DNA of 64,000 bases from an uncultured cyanobacterium (lineage in GTDB: Bacteria; Cyanobacteriota; Cyanobacteriia; Cyanobacteriales; CAWUOF01), in assembly GCA_963744145.1 (NCBI GenBank), contig CAVUSO010000001.1:2720001-2784000 (forward strand), written 5' to 3'. The notes below the pieces were generated by a model. The model was not told the DNA's origin. It did not search any database and worked only from the letters and a program-made list of their open reading frames with translations. How positions within the stretch are numbered: position 1 is the stretch's first letter; each line of letters begins with the position of its first letter. Positions 51,123 through 60,493 of this stretch are shown piece by piece. Made by a program: the position numbers and the translations under genes.

Positions 51123-52256
51123 TTACTGAACAGGTGCTTTATCAATTACTCCTCGATTGAGAACTTGAGTTTCAATAACAGGAAGGGGATCTATACTTGC
51201 CTGACCAATGGTATTAATTCCTGGTTTACCTGACATATTACCTCTCAGGAATAAAACCACCTTCTGGTTAAATGGAGTCTGAGTTGCGGAAGTTGAACCA
51301 TTTACCGCCGCAGATTCATCTGGAGGTATTCTTACACAAGCGTAGAAATTCCTCATATTATAGGAATCGTTATTACCTGAGCCAAATTGAGCTGGTCCTC
51401 CATCTGTACGAGGTGCTGAATATAGGTTTAAAGTTTTATTACTCGGAGTCAAGATATAGTTAGTAGGATCAGAACAGGCAACTTGAGAGTTAGTTCCCAG
51501 AAATTCAAACATTTGTCTATCTTCGACAAAATCAACCAATACTTTAGAAGTGTCAGTTGGAGAACTACTTTGCAGATTATTATAGGGGCTAACCGTACTT
51601 AATGGCCAGTAAGCAGCACTAACTGTTTGATTCGGATCAAAAGGATTTACATATCCTGCAACTGGGTTACCGTTACTATCATATTGGGATAACTCGTAAC
51701 GAAGGATACGGGATCTTCCTTGCCAAGTGTTAGCAGAATTATCTCGACTTAAATAGTATACAACTAGACCGTAAGTTCTAGCCGCTAAACAGGGATAATT
51801 CTTACCGCTAGAATCTGTCGCACTAGGGTTTGCGGCACAAGCCGTGCTAACTACTGAAGGTAAAGGGTCTATTTTCCAAAAGGCTAAAATTGGCACACTA
51901 TTAGCCGGGTGAGGTATATAGTTATTGCCAGTATTAAAAATTCCTGAACAGATCTGCTGGCTAGCTTGGGTATTAATGCTAGCATCTAAGCATGAGCCGT
52001 CATAAACATATACAGCCTCTCTCAATTCTGAGCTGATAAAATCCAAAGCTAATTGCATTTCTCGCTGGGTTTCTGTGCGAGCTGATTCTAGGTTATTTGT
52101 GCTTTGTAATTCTACTACTGCTGCTAGTAAGCCGGTGATAATTACCCCCGACATAATAATTGCAACTAATAGTTCTACTAAGGTAAAACCTGAACTCTGG
52201 TGCTTTTGTTTCCAAGCCCAGTATAAATTTAATAATAATCTCGATCTTCTTACCAT
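51123..52256 (-). CDS. hpsC: pseudopilin HpsC-like
   Basis: GFTLVELLVA, EMQLALDFISSELREAVYVY, PILAFWK; third gene of the operon. Confidence 0.7.
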   Translation of the reverse strand: MVRRSRLLLNLYWAWKQKHQSSGFTLVELLVAIIMSGVIITGLLAAVVELQSTNNLESARTETQREMQLALDFISSELREAVYVYDGSCLDASINTQASQQICSGIFNTGNNYIPHPANSVPILAFWKIDPLPSVVSTACAANPSATDSSGKNYPCLAARTYGLVVYYLSRDNSANTWQGRSRILRYELSQYDSNGNPVAGYVNPFDPNQTVSAAYWPLSTVSPYNNLQSSSPTDTSKVLVDFVEDRQMFEFLGTNSQVACSDPTNYILTPSNKTLNLYSAPRTDGGPAQFGSGNNDSYNMRNFYACVRIPPDESAAVNGSTSATQTPFNQKVVLFLRGNMSGKPGINTIGQASIDPLPVIETQVLNRGVIDKAPVQ

Positions 52257-52303
52257 GAGTCTTTACCCCCGATTGGTTTTTAAAATTTTATGTGTTACTT
52301 TAA

Positions 52304-53050
52304 TTACGGAGAACATGTGTGATTTTTAAAGCAGGAATATTTTCCTAAAGAAATATTTTGATCAGCCTGAGTAATGTCCGTATATAAAACTGCTAAAGGT
52401 TGGACTTGCTGATTACCCAGACCTGTGGTTAATTGCAAAGAAGCTTGTTGAGTTTGAGCAGTGTTTGAAGTGATCGCATTAAGAGCTTCATAAGAATAGA
52501 CTCTAACACCCATCGTAAAAGCGATCGGCACTGGATTCCCATCTGGGCCATTAATAGTTGTTCCGTTAATCTGATTACTGAAAGTTTGCATTAAAAAAGC
52601 GGGTTGGCAATCTCCAGTTACATCAACAGGTACAACTGTATTAAAGGGAACTGGTGTTGGCGGGTTTGCCGCAGCCGGACTAGCCGTGTCAAAAGTTGAA
52701 CAAGAGCTATTACTAGACTGTAAGTAAGGATAGACAACATAAGGAGCTGGTATAGTTGTGAGATCTGCAACGTTACCAATACTACTAGGTATCTGGTTAG
52801 AATTAAAGTTTCCCTTTTCTACCAATACTCTTACTTGATCAATTGCACCATGCGCTATTTGCAATGCTTGTTCAGCTTTGCGATTTTGAGCGCGGGTTGC
52901 TACTGCCAACATGATGGGAGGTGTCATGGAGATAATTACTGCTGAAAGCACGAAAATCGCCACCAGACATTCGATCAGAGTTAGCCCTTCCTCGGAGCGA
53001 TCGCGATCGCTCCAAGTTTTGAGATGCTGTTTTATTTGAGTGATATTCAT
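52304..53050 (-). CDS. hpsB: pseudopilin HpsB-like
   Basis: GLTLIECLVAI, MLAVATRAQNRKAEQA, GVRVY; follows hpsA. Confidence 0.7.
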   Translation of the reverse strand: MNITQIKQHLKTWSDRDRSEEGLTLIECLVAIFVLSAVIISMTPPIMLAVATRAQNRKAEQALQIAHGAIDQVRVLVEKGNFNSNQIPSSIGNVADLTTIPAPYVVYPYLQSSNSSCSTFDTASPAAANPPTPVPFNTVVPVDVTGDCQPAFLMQTFSNQINGTTINGPDGNPVPIAFTMGVRVYSYEALNAITSNTAQTQQASLQLTTGLGNQQVQPLAVLYTDITQADQNISLGKYSCFKNHTCSP

Positions 53051-53147
53051 CTGGATTTTACCTCCTTGGGTAAGAAGTTTTTTAGACCTCTTACCCTTTA
53101 TTTTTAGCTGAGATTACCAACTGATTAAGTGATCCGGATCGTTGTTA

Positions 53148-56100
53148 TTAACTATTGCAATCACTTACTGACGCATTTGGGTCCATTTTGATACCAGTGT
53201 AAGGGCTGATCGCACAACGTAAGCTAGCTATATAAGGATCACTAACTGGCAATTCCGTGTAATACTCACTCCGAGCATTACCAACACTAACTAAACGGTT
53301 AGCAGCAGGACCAGCAGGTACATATTGCAGTGCTACATCGTAACCCCAACGTCGATTGGGTGGATTATAGAAAGCGCTGACTGAACCACTGGAGTTAGAA
53401 CTGTGAACAGCATTACTTTGTGGAGGTGCCCCAGATTCCCAAGCATCTTGGTCGTAAAGACCGGTTGCTGAAGAGCTGAAGTTTAGCTGGATAAAAGAAC
53501 CGGCGATCGCACTAGGTATGCTACTCCAATCTTCAATAAATCGTGGGAAATTGTGCATACCTCCGTAAGTTTGCAAAGGTTGAGAAGGAATGATTCCACT
53601 AACTACCATGGCGTTTACTGAACTGGTAGCTGCTGTCATTAAGTTTTTGCCATCAATAAACTGGTCGTAATTGGTAGTAACATCTATGGGTTTATTGCCA
53701 GTGCTAGCGTTGCTATAGAGCGGATTGCCATTATTACTAATTTTCACTGGAGATGTGGTATCACCGTTAGGATTTTCCCGGACCCAGTCCCCTGAGTTAA
53801 TGCTGTTATCTGTATTGGGTCGGTTTTGGTTGAAATAAGAAGTGTCAATCGAATTGCCATTGCAACCGTATATATTTTGGCGATCAGTTGTATTTACTTG
53901 TCCCCAATGTGTCTTAACAATTCCATCTTCAACACTTCCATCGCAGAAATTAGTAGAAAGCAGTGTAATTCCATCTGCTAGAAGTTCGGTAGTACGCCAA
54001 CTGTCATTATTTGATTTGGCAAAATTAGCATTCAAGGTGCTTCTTGAGTAAAATGCACTGAGGAAACCTGATTGATTATTGGCAGAATCGATCTGGTAAA
54101 GCGTTTCTTGAAACTCTTCAATTGGGGTAGCGCAAGTGTTATGACAGTTTAAATTGCCTTGAATGTAAAGTGTATTATCAGAAACAAATGATAACCCAAA
54201 GGTACTGTTAGGACGTTGCAAATTATCGCCATTTTTAAACCGGAAACCGTAAGGACGACGATCTGGATCTGGGTAAAAGTCAACAGGTTTAGGACTAATA
54301 TTGTTGTCCGCGTTAAGTGGTGGATCTTGTGGATTTTGCGGAGGTCGGGCTATGGTGTAGCAACCTGCAGTGTTGATTGTGGTTACTGTGTTACAACTTG
54401 CCCAACCTGAAGCTGCTGGTCGGGCGATCGAATCTTCCCGTTTAGCATCTTCCCGGAAAGCATACACAATCCCACCATCCATTGGATTGAGGGAACTACT
54501 ATTACCAAGTGCTAGCCAATAATCCCCATTAATTGTGGCATTGGTCTCACCACCTACTGCACCTCGTAATAAGTTTAAATCCATATCCAAAGCCCGCACA
54601 TTGCTCATTTCCCTACCATCAAATAAAGCTGCGTCCTTAAAAGCAGTTCGGATATAGGTAGCTGGTTGTCCTGTCTGAGTATATTTGACTAAACTAGCTC
54701 CACTACAGTTAGGACCTGATGTTGTACCTCCAGGACACAAGGTTCCATCTGGTGCCGCACCAGCACCATAATTTACATAGGGAAGTTTCCATTCACTGAC
54801 ATTGCGTGGACGAATTGCAATTTCTGACACTGAATTTGGATAACTAGTACCTACGACTTGATAGATGTTGCCTGTTGGGTTAGCCGTACTCTTGATGTAA
54901 TTACTATTAGGATCTAATCTGTCCTCAGCCAATGATGATGTAGTGGTTGGAAAAATGTAATGTAGTGCTGGGAATTTTGGTTGTGCATAACAAAGACTTG
55001 TGGCTAGACGGATAAATTTTTTCTCTGTTGGTGCATCTGTAATACCATTGATACCATTGATACCAAAATAGTTGTTTCCTGTACTGCTGTTGCTAAAATC
55101 ACAACCTAAATTTATGGTATCTCCAGTATTATAAGTTACACCACCGTAAGTAAACCCTGAGACGTACTGCACTGGATATTGATATTGATTAGCCGTTGTT
55201 GGCGATGCAGTAAACCCATATTGGCGATCGCGTTTTGCTTGTTCTTTCTCGTGAAGTAATTTTGCTATTTGCTGATTTGGCGTTGATTGGATATTTCCAG
55301 TTGTTCCAGTTGAAAGTGCAGCAATGTAGCTATCTGGGGTTGGTGTAATCGCAGTAGTGCCTACAGGGACTATATTTGTACCACTTGTGTTATAAATTGC
55401 ACCATTAGTTGTATTAACTTCACCATTGGCAGGGTTTCCATCACTTAAAGCTTGCAGAGCAGCATCCAAATTAGTTATCAAAGGTTGGTTAGTAGTTGTA
55501 TCGGTGTAGCTAAACGCTTCCAAATAACTAAGTTGATACGCTAGCATTCCCAAGGATAAGGTAGCAGTATGTAGGTAAGATTTATCCGCAATACTAAGAT
55601 TGGCAGTAGTATTAGTATTGCTGGGATCGTAAGTTTGAACTACATTTTGCACTGGAACTGTATTTTCCAGGTTATATATTGCTCGGCGTAGGTTAGAAAA
55701 ATCTCCCCACATTGCCATTTGGGGGTAGGGATGAATAATTGCACTACCTGCTCCTTCTTGATTAGGTGGAAAAGCACCACCAATCTGAGTTTGAAAGGAA
55801 TAGTCTCCAGCAAAATATGCCAAATTTTTCAGCGCTTTTCTGAGAGAAGAAGTAGGAGTGTTAATCGCGTTAGCATAAGTTCCCTCGTCTTGGGCTCCCA
55901 ATGCTAATGGAGATACATCAAACTCCCAACCATTTGTGCTATTACCGCTTAAAAAGTCAAACGCAATTTCATTACCAGCATCACCAAAAGTAGCGCCAAA
56001 AAGAGTGCTCAAAAACGCGCTGTTAGTTGGATCGACAGTAAATTGGGGACTAAACTGCTGGAATGAGGCACTATTTGTCAGAGTGGTTGCAGTTCCAGGG

Positions 56101-58214
56101 TGAACTGTAGTCGCTAAACCAGCGATCGGGAAATAACCTCCAGCTTGGGGAGTTCCTGCCCCATTGGTTGAATTAGTATAGTGATAAACTGCTGTCGCTT
56201 GTGTGGCGGCTAGATTGTCTCTTAATGCTCGTCGTTGTCTTGCTTCATGACAACGAGCCGGATCTTGACAGGCTCCGAAGGGGACAAGAGGGTCGATCCT
56301 AAAAATCCCATCACTACTGCTAGCTGTTTCACTGCCATCTTTGATTCCGTTGAAGTTGGTATCATCATTTACCCAACCAAAGGTATTACCCAGTTCTAAA
56401 CGCTCCCCAACAATTACCCGCAATCCTTCCCGGACTGCTCTTCTTTCCCAGTATCCATCCAATCCTAAGTCTCGAGGATCGGAACTCAGATTGTCCCCAC
56501 CAGTTCCAGCAGGGTTCATTGTTACTAATTCATGAATATTTGGTGTAATGCTAACTGAGGTAGGAATTGCCATTCCACTTTTGCAGTAACCTCCATTGCA
56601 AGCTGTTGCTAGGGGAGTGATGGTGGGGTTGGAAGCAGTGACGACAGTATTAGCACTATTAGGTAGTTGTAATAGAGTTCCATTTTGTCCGTAGGATGGG
56701 TTAGGACCAAATCGGTTATCGGCTCGATAGGTGTCATCAACAAATGGAGTAACTGATGGAGTAGCTGATGAAGTATTTATCGTATTGACAATCATCCGCT
56801 GATTTGTAGCAAACTGGGTACTAGCCCAATTTGGGTCTCCAGCTTTTCCACCTGCAAAAGCATTATTTCTTAAGGGATAGGGAGTTTGAGCTGTCGTAAA
56901 AAGTGCGATGGGATCTAGTGCTAGATCCCCAGGACCGGTGGGAACGTTTGAACCGCTATCTGCTACAGAATCATTGCCGCTAGCCATATTAATGTTAGTA
57001 ATCGGCTGAGGCTTTTGATAAAGATGGATGGGACTTGGAGTGCTTCCAGCATCAAACTGGTTCTCATCCATCCTTCCACTGAGAATATATCCATAGTCAG
57101 TGGTAATTTGAGAAGAATCAATTGTATATAAGCAAGAAGAAGGGGAACTGATTAAAAATGCTTCAAATGGACCTGAATCTGCCCCCATCATAATACTGCC
57201 TTCGCTGTGCAAAGTACCGTTCCATGCCACATGAGGACCTGGAAATACTTCCAGATCATTACGGAACCAAGCACCCCATTTATTGCCTCGATCGGCTTGT
57301 CTTTCTTGTTGTAGTTCTAGGGTAGTAATCGCATTATTAGCCGTTGGACTAATTACCACCGCATTGATTTGAAAATTTTTGCGGACTGAACCTGTAGTAG
57401 CACTGGGAGGAGCAGACCATCCTTTGGCACTTGCTGCAACTGGAGCTGCGGACTGTTGACAATTCGAGTATGAGCCAGATGGATAAAGTGGACCATTACG
57501 CACTTCCAGACTTTTAGCTCTTTGTTCTACCTTAGTCGCTGTACTATCTGACAGAAGCTGATCCGATGTTTTTACTCCACTAGGATCTGTAGGTACTTCC
57601 CAAACAATAGAGTAAGCAACGGTGATCTTATTAGGACTAGTCGGGTTAGTCGGATCGGGAATCTGATAAGACCAGGCGTTATCTTTGGTCCCATCAGGTG
57701 TCCCGAATGCGCCAGTTCCACTACCACCGATATCTAATCTAGTTTCATCAGGAAGTGTATAAGGATCATTATTAGGATTTCCTGTGATACTAGGATCGTT
57801 GAGGACAGGAATGTTGTTCAGACCGTCATTCCTCATCATCCCAGTTAGGATCGTTTCATCGGGAATCCCGCTCGGACGACGGCGATCGCTTTTGAAGAGA
57901 TATTCCATTTTCGCTTTCGCCCGATCGATCGCTGGTGTAGCTGCGTTATAAATTACTTTTTCTTCCCGTTCACCCATTACCTGGTCAGTACGGTATGCGG
58001 TACGGAACAGCATGGCGGCAACTACTAATGAAACCATTAATAACAGTAACGCAACTGTGGGTAAGACAAACCCTCCTTGTCTTGCCGTAGACATGGAGTT
58101 CATCATAAACATACGCAGAACCCAGCGCACAAGTTTTGCCGTTAGGGTTTGGAAAAGATTTACGATTTCCCGTAACAGTCGTGATAGAGCTTTTTGGAAT
58201 TTGTTTTTAGTCAT
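53148..58214 (-). CDS. hpsA: hormogonium polysaccharide/motility protein HpsA-like
   Basis: GFVLPTV pilin-like start, NAATPAIDRAKAK, NKWGAWFRNDLE, DGYWERRA, GGMHNFPRFIEDW, WGYDVAL. Confidence 0.8.
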   Translation of the reverse strand: MTKNKFQKALSRLLREIVNLFQTLTAKLVRWVLRMFMMNSMSTARQGGFVLPTVALLLLMVSLVVAAMLFRTAYRTDQVMGEREEKVIYNAATPAIDRAKAKMEYLFKSDRRRPSGIPDETILTGMMRNDGLNNIPVLNDPSITGNPNNDPYTLPDETRLDIGGSGTGAFGTPDGTKDNAWSYQIPDPTNPTSPNKITVAYSIVWEVPTDPSGVKTSDQLLSDSTATKVEQRAKSLEVRNGPLYPSGSYSNCQQSAAPVAASAKGWSAPPSATTGSVRKNFQINAVVISPTANNAITTLELQQERQADRGNKWGAWFRNDLEVFPGPHVAWNGTLHSEGSIMMGADSGPFEAFLISSPSSCLYTIDSSQITTDYGYILSGRMDENQFDAGSTPSPIHLYQKPQPITNINMASGNDSVADSGSNVPTGPGDLALDPIALFTTAQTPYPLRNNAFAGGKAGDPNWASTQFATNQRMIVNTINTSSATPSVTPFVDDTYRADNRFGPNPSYGQNGTLLQLPNSANTVVTASNPTITPLATACNGGYCKSGMAIPTSVSITPNIHELVTMNPAGTGGDNLSSDPRDLGLDGYWERRAVREGLRVIVGERLELGNTFGWVNDDTNFNGIKDGSETASSSDGIFRIDPLVPFGACQDPARCHEARQRRALRDNLAATQATAVYHYTNSTNGAGTPQAGGYFPIAGLATTVHPGTATTLTNSASFQQFSPQFTVDPTNSAFLSTLFGATFGDAGNEIAFDFLSGNSTNGWEFDVSPLALGAQDEGTYANAINTPTSSLRKALKNLAYFAGDYSFQTQIGGAFPPNQEGAGSAIIHPYPQMAMWGDFSNLRRAIYNLENTVPVQNVVQTYDPSNTNTTANLSIADKSYLHTATLSLGMLAYQLSYLEAFSYTDTTTNQPLITNLDAALQALSDGNPANGEVNTTNGAIYNTSGTNIVPVGTTAITPTPDSYIAALSTGTTGNIQSTPNQQIAKLLHEKEQAKRDRQYGFTASPTTANQYQYPVQYVSGFTYGGVTYNTGDTINLGCDFSNSSTGNNYFGINGINGITDAPTEKKFIRLATSLCYAQPKFPALHYIFPTTTSSLAEDRLDPNSNYIKSTANPTGNIYQVVGTSYPNSVSEIAIRPRNVSEWKLPYVNYGAGAAPDGTLCPGGTTSGPNCSGASLVKYTQTGQPATYIRTAFKDAALFDGREMSNVRALDMDLNLLRGAVGGETNATINGDYWLALGNSSSLNPMDGGIVYAFREDAKREDSIARPAASGWASCNTVTTINTAGCYTIARPPQNPQDPPLNADNNISPKPVDFYPDPDRRPYGFRFKNGDNLQRPNSTFGLSFVSDNTLYIQGNLNCHNTCATPIEEFQETLYQIDSANNQSGFLSAFYSRSTLNANFAKSNNDSWRTTELLADGITLLSTNFCDGSVEDGIVKTHWGQVNTTDRQNIYGCNGNSIDTSYFNQNRPNTDNSINSGDWVRENPNGDTTSPVKISNNGNPLYSNASTGNKPIDVTTNYDQFIDGKNLMTAATSSVNAMVVSGIIPSQPLQTYGGMHNFPRFIEDWSSIPSAIAGSFIQLNFSSSATGLYDQDAWESGAPPQSNAVHSSNSSGSVSAFYNPPNRRWGYDVALQYVPAGPAANRLVSVGNARSEYYTELPVSDPYIASLRCAISPYTGIKMDPNASVSDCNS

Positions 58215-58583
58215 AAGTAGTCCGTAGACGCCGCAGATAACAACAATAAAAAAAATTAGTGCTAATTCAGTCTTAACTTAGGAGTCTTGACAATGGCAAT
58301 CAGTAAATGCCTCGATTTATCACTGAGATACCTACCTACTGTCTAGCATACCCATTTGTCTCGGCTCAACGATCAGGCCCAGAGAGAAAAAAATTGTTAT
58401 TAGCAAAATTATCAATAATCGGGTAATTTTAATGCTAATATTTGAGAAATATTTTTATTTTCTCAAAATTTATATTTACATATTTAATCTTTCTTAAAAA
58501 TAAATGTTGATAATTGTTGCCGCTAATTTTCTTTGGCTAATATATTTTTAATATTTGTTTAAATTAGACTAACGCCAAAATTG

Positions 58584-58611
58584 GTAGGGGCGGATGGCCA
58601 TCCGCCCCTAC
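58584..58611. terminator. REP-type hairpin directly downstream of rpmB
   Basis: GTAGGGGCGGATGGCCATCCGCCCCTAC. Confidence 0.65.
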
Positions 58612-58618
58612 TGCGTCT

Positions 58619-58855
58619 TTAAAATTTATTTAGATCAATGCCGGCTTCTTTGGCCATTGCTTGTAAGCTTTTATGTTCTAAGGTTTTGATCGCTTTAGTG
58701 GAAAGATGTAATTTGACCCAACGGTTACCTTCGGGCCACCAAATCCGTTTCCATTGTAAATTAGCTTCTTGGACTCGTTTAGTCCGACGGTGAGAGTGAG
58801 AAACAGCAAAAGCGTTATTTGCCTTTTTCCCAGTGAGCTGACATCGACGCGACAT
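58619..58855 (-). CDS. rpmB: 50S ribosomal protein L28
   Basis: [26 protein letters not shown]. Confidence 0.97.
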   Translation of the reverse strand: MSRRCQLTGKKANNAFAVSHSHRRTKRVQEANLQWKRIWWPEGNRWVKLHLSTKAIKTLEHKSLQAMAKEAGIDLNKF

Positions 58856-59004
58856 AGAAAACTCCGAATTTTACTTGGTTCATTTTAAGTGCAATCCACA
58901 ATTATAATTTACTTTGGCGAAATTGACGCATTTTTCTGATTGGTCTGATTCAATAGGACCAGGTGCTAGGATAAAAATCTCACACCTGACACCGATACAA
59001 TAAG

Positions 59005-59440
59005 ATTGTGGGACAGGCATCTTGCCTGTCCGATCAATTCGTCAGTTAAAGTCAATTGTGATTGATCTGTGTTGGTTGGGCGGGTTTATGATGTTGATCT
59101 ATTTGTGTCAGAATTAGTTGGTGAACCCGCCCCTACAAATCCTGGTTAATTATGATCATAAATTCATCGACAATACATCTTTTATGATCTGGTTTAATCT
59201 TGAATTTCAGATTTTTTGGTAAATAATCCCAGATCCTGGTTGATCACCTGTAGGGGCGGGTTCACCGATGAATTTGTCACACACAAATAACCCTTGTGCC
59301 GAGCGCTTGCCCTGAGTGTTCCCTGAGTTTACCCTGAGTTTACCCTGAGCGTAGTCGAAGGGGGCGAAGTCGAAGTTTACCCTGAGTTTACCCTGAGCGT
59401 AGTCGAAGGGTAGTCGAGGTATTGATAAACCCGCCCTGCC
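59005..59440. repeat. cluster of REP elements with nested CCCTGAG(CGTAGTCGAAGG) repeats
   Basis: TGTGGGACAGGCATCTTGCCTGTCC; GGGCGGGTTT...AACCCGCCCCTACA; TGTAGGGGCGGGTTCACC...AACCCGCCC enclosing repeated CCCTGAG units. Confidence 0.75.
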
Positions 59441-59452
59441 CCACAGATTACC

Positions 59453-60172
59453 TTGATGGACTACCCCCATCTTACCTCACAGACAACACTATATCGACTT
59501 TATAAATCTGGAGTACGCTATATGGTTAATCTGGCGATCGCGGCAAATATCTTACCAGAACAGAGGGTAATTTTTCACCATATCTCTTGGATTGGTTATG
59601 AACAAATTTTAATTTCACTCAGTGAAAGTCGTTCAGCTCGACTCTACTATGATCAAGGCAAATTAGAAATTATTATGCCCTTAGAAGAACATGAAAGTGC
59701 GACTAGATTAATTGAATTATTTATCCGCATTTTAGTAGTCGAAATTGGTTTAAAAATTAGAACAATGGGTTCAACTACTTTAAAACGTCCTGACTTAGAA
59801 AAAGGTGCTGAACCTGATAATTGTTATTATATTCAAAATCAACCCTTAGTAGTGGGAAAAAAGATTAATCTTAATCAAGATCCTCCACCTGATTTGGTGG
59901 TGGAAGTAGAATTAACCCATAGTGATCTAAATAAATTGAATTTATATGCTCAGATCGGTGTACCGGAATTTTGGCGTTATAATGGTGAAATCTTACGAAT
60001 TTACCAACTTCAGGATGATCAGTATATAGAAGTAGAAAATAGTCCAACTTTTAGGTTATCGATTAAAGAGAGACTTAATCAATTTCTAGCAGAGTGTCAA
60101 ATTGATGAAGTTATAGCTGAGAAATCTTGTCGTGCTTGGATCAAAAAGTTAGTTGAAAGTCGCTCAATCTAA
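59453..60172 (+). CDS. Uma2/DUF820 family protein (different subfamily); start probably ATG 59522
   Basis: ISW..YE, LEIIMPLEEHE, GSTT, EPDNCYY, PPDLVVEV, GVPEFWRY. Confidence 0.88.
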   Translation: MMDYPHLTSQTTLYRLYKSGVRYMVNLAIAANILPEQRVIFHHISWIGYEQILISLSESRSARLYYDQGKLEIIMPLEEHESATRLIELFIRILVVEIGLKIRTMGSTTLKRPDLEKGAEPDNCYYIQNQPLVVGKKINLNQDPPPDLVVEVELTHSDLNKLNLYAQIGVPEFWRYNGEILRIYQLQDDQYIEVENSPTFRLSIKERLNQFLAECQIDEVIAEKSCRAWIKKLVESRSI

Positions 60173-60238
60173 CTGGGACGGAGGAACCATCTTAGGGATA
60201 TTTCATGCTCGATTCTCACCGGATCGACCTAACCCCCC

Positions 60239-60426
60239 CTACAGTGTACACAGAAGTTGATATCTACTCCATTTCACAGAAATTTTATTCGACGGAACCT
60301 TGATTTATCGTTCTCCATTATCAATAAGCTATAGCTATTGATAATAAGACAGATTTTTGCAAACGTTGATTTGCAAGGTTTTCAGGACTTGTGTACATGG
60401 TTTTTAGGTTTGTGTGTACACCGTAG
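60239..60426. mobile_element. MITE
   Basis: TIR CTACAGTGTACACA / TGTGTACACCGTAG, sitting between C-run and G-run arms of a hairpin repeat. Confidence 0.7.
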
Positions 60427-60493
60427 GGGGAGAGGTATTCTGCTCAAATGAAACAGCCCTGCGATCGATGAGCTAAACATGATCTAACAGGGA

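Noticed and set aside
59207..59470. 87-aa ORF with PFDYAQG repeats
   Set aside because: Translation of REP/repeat DNA
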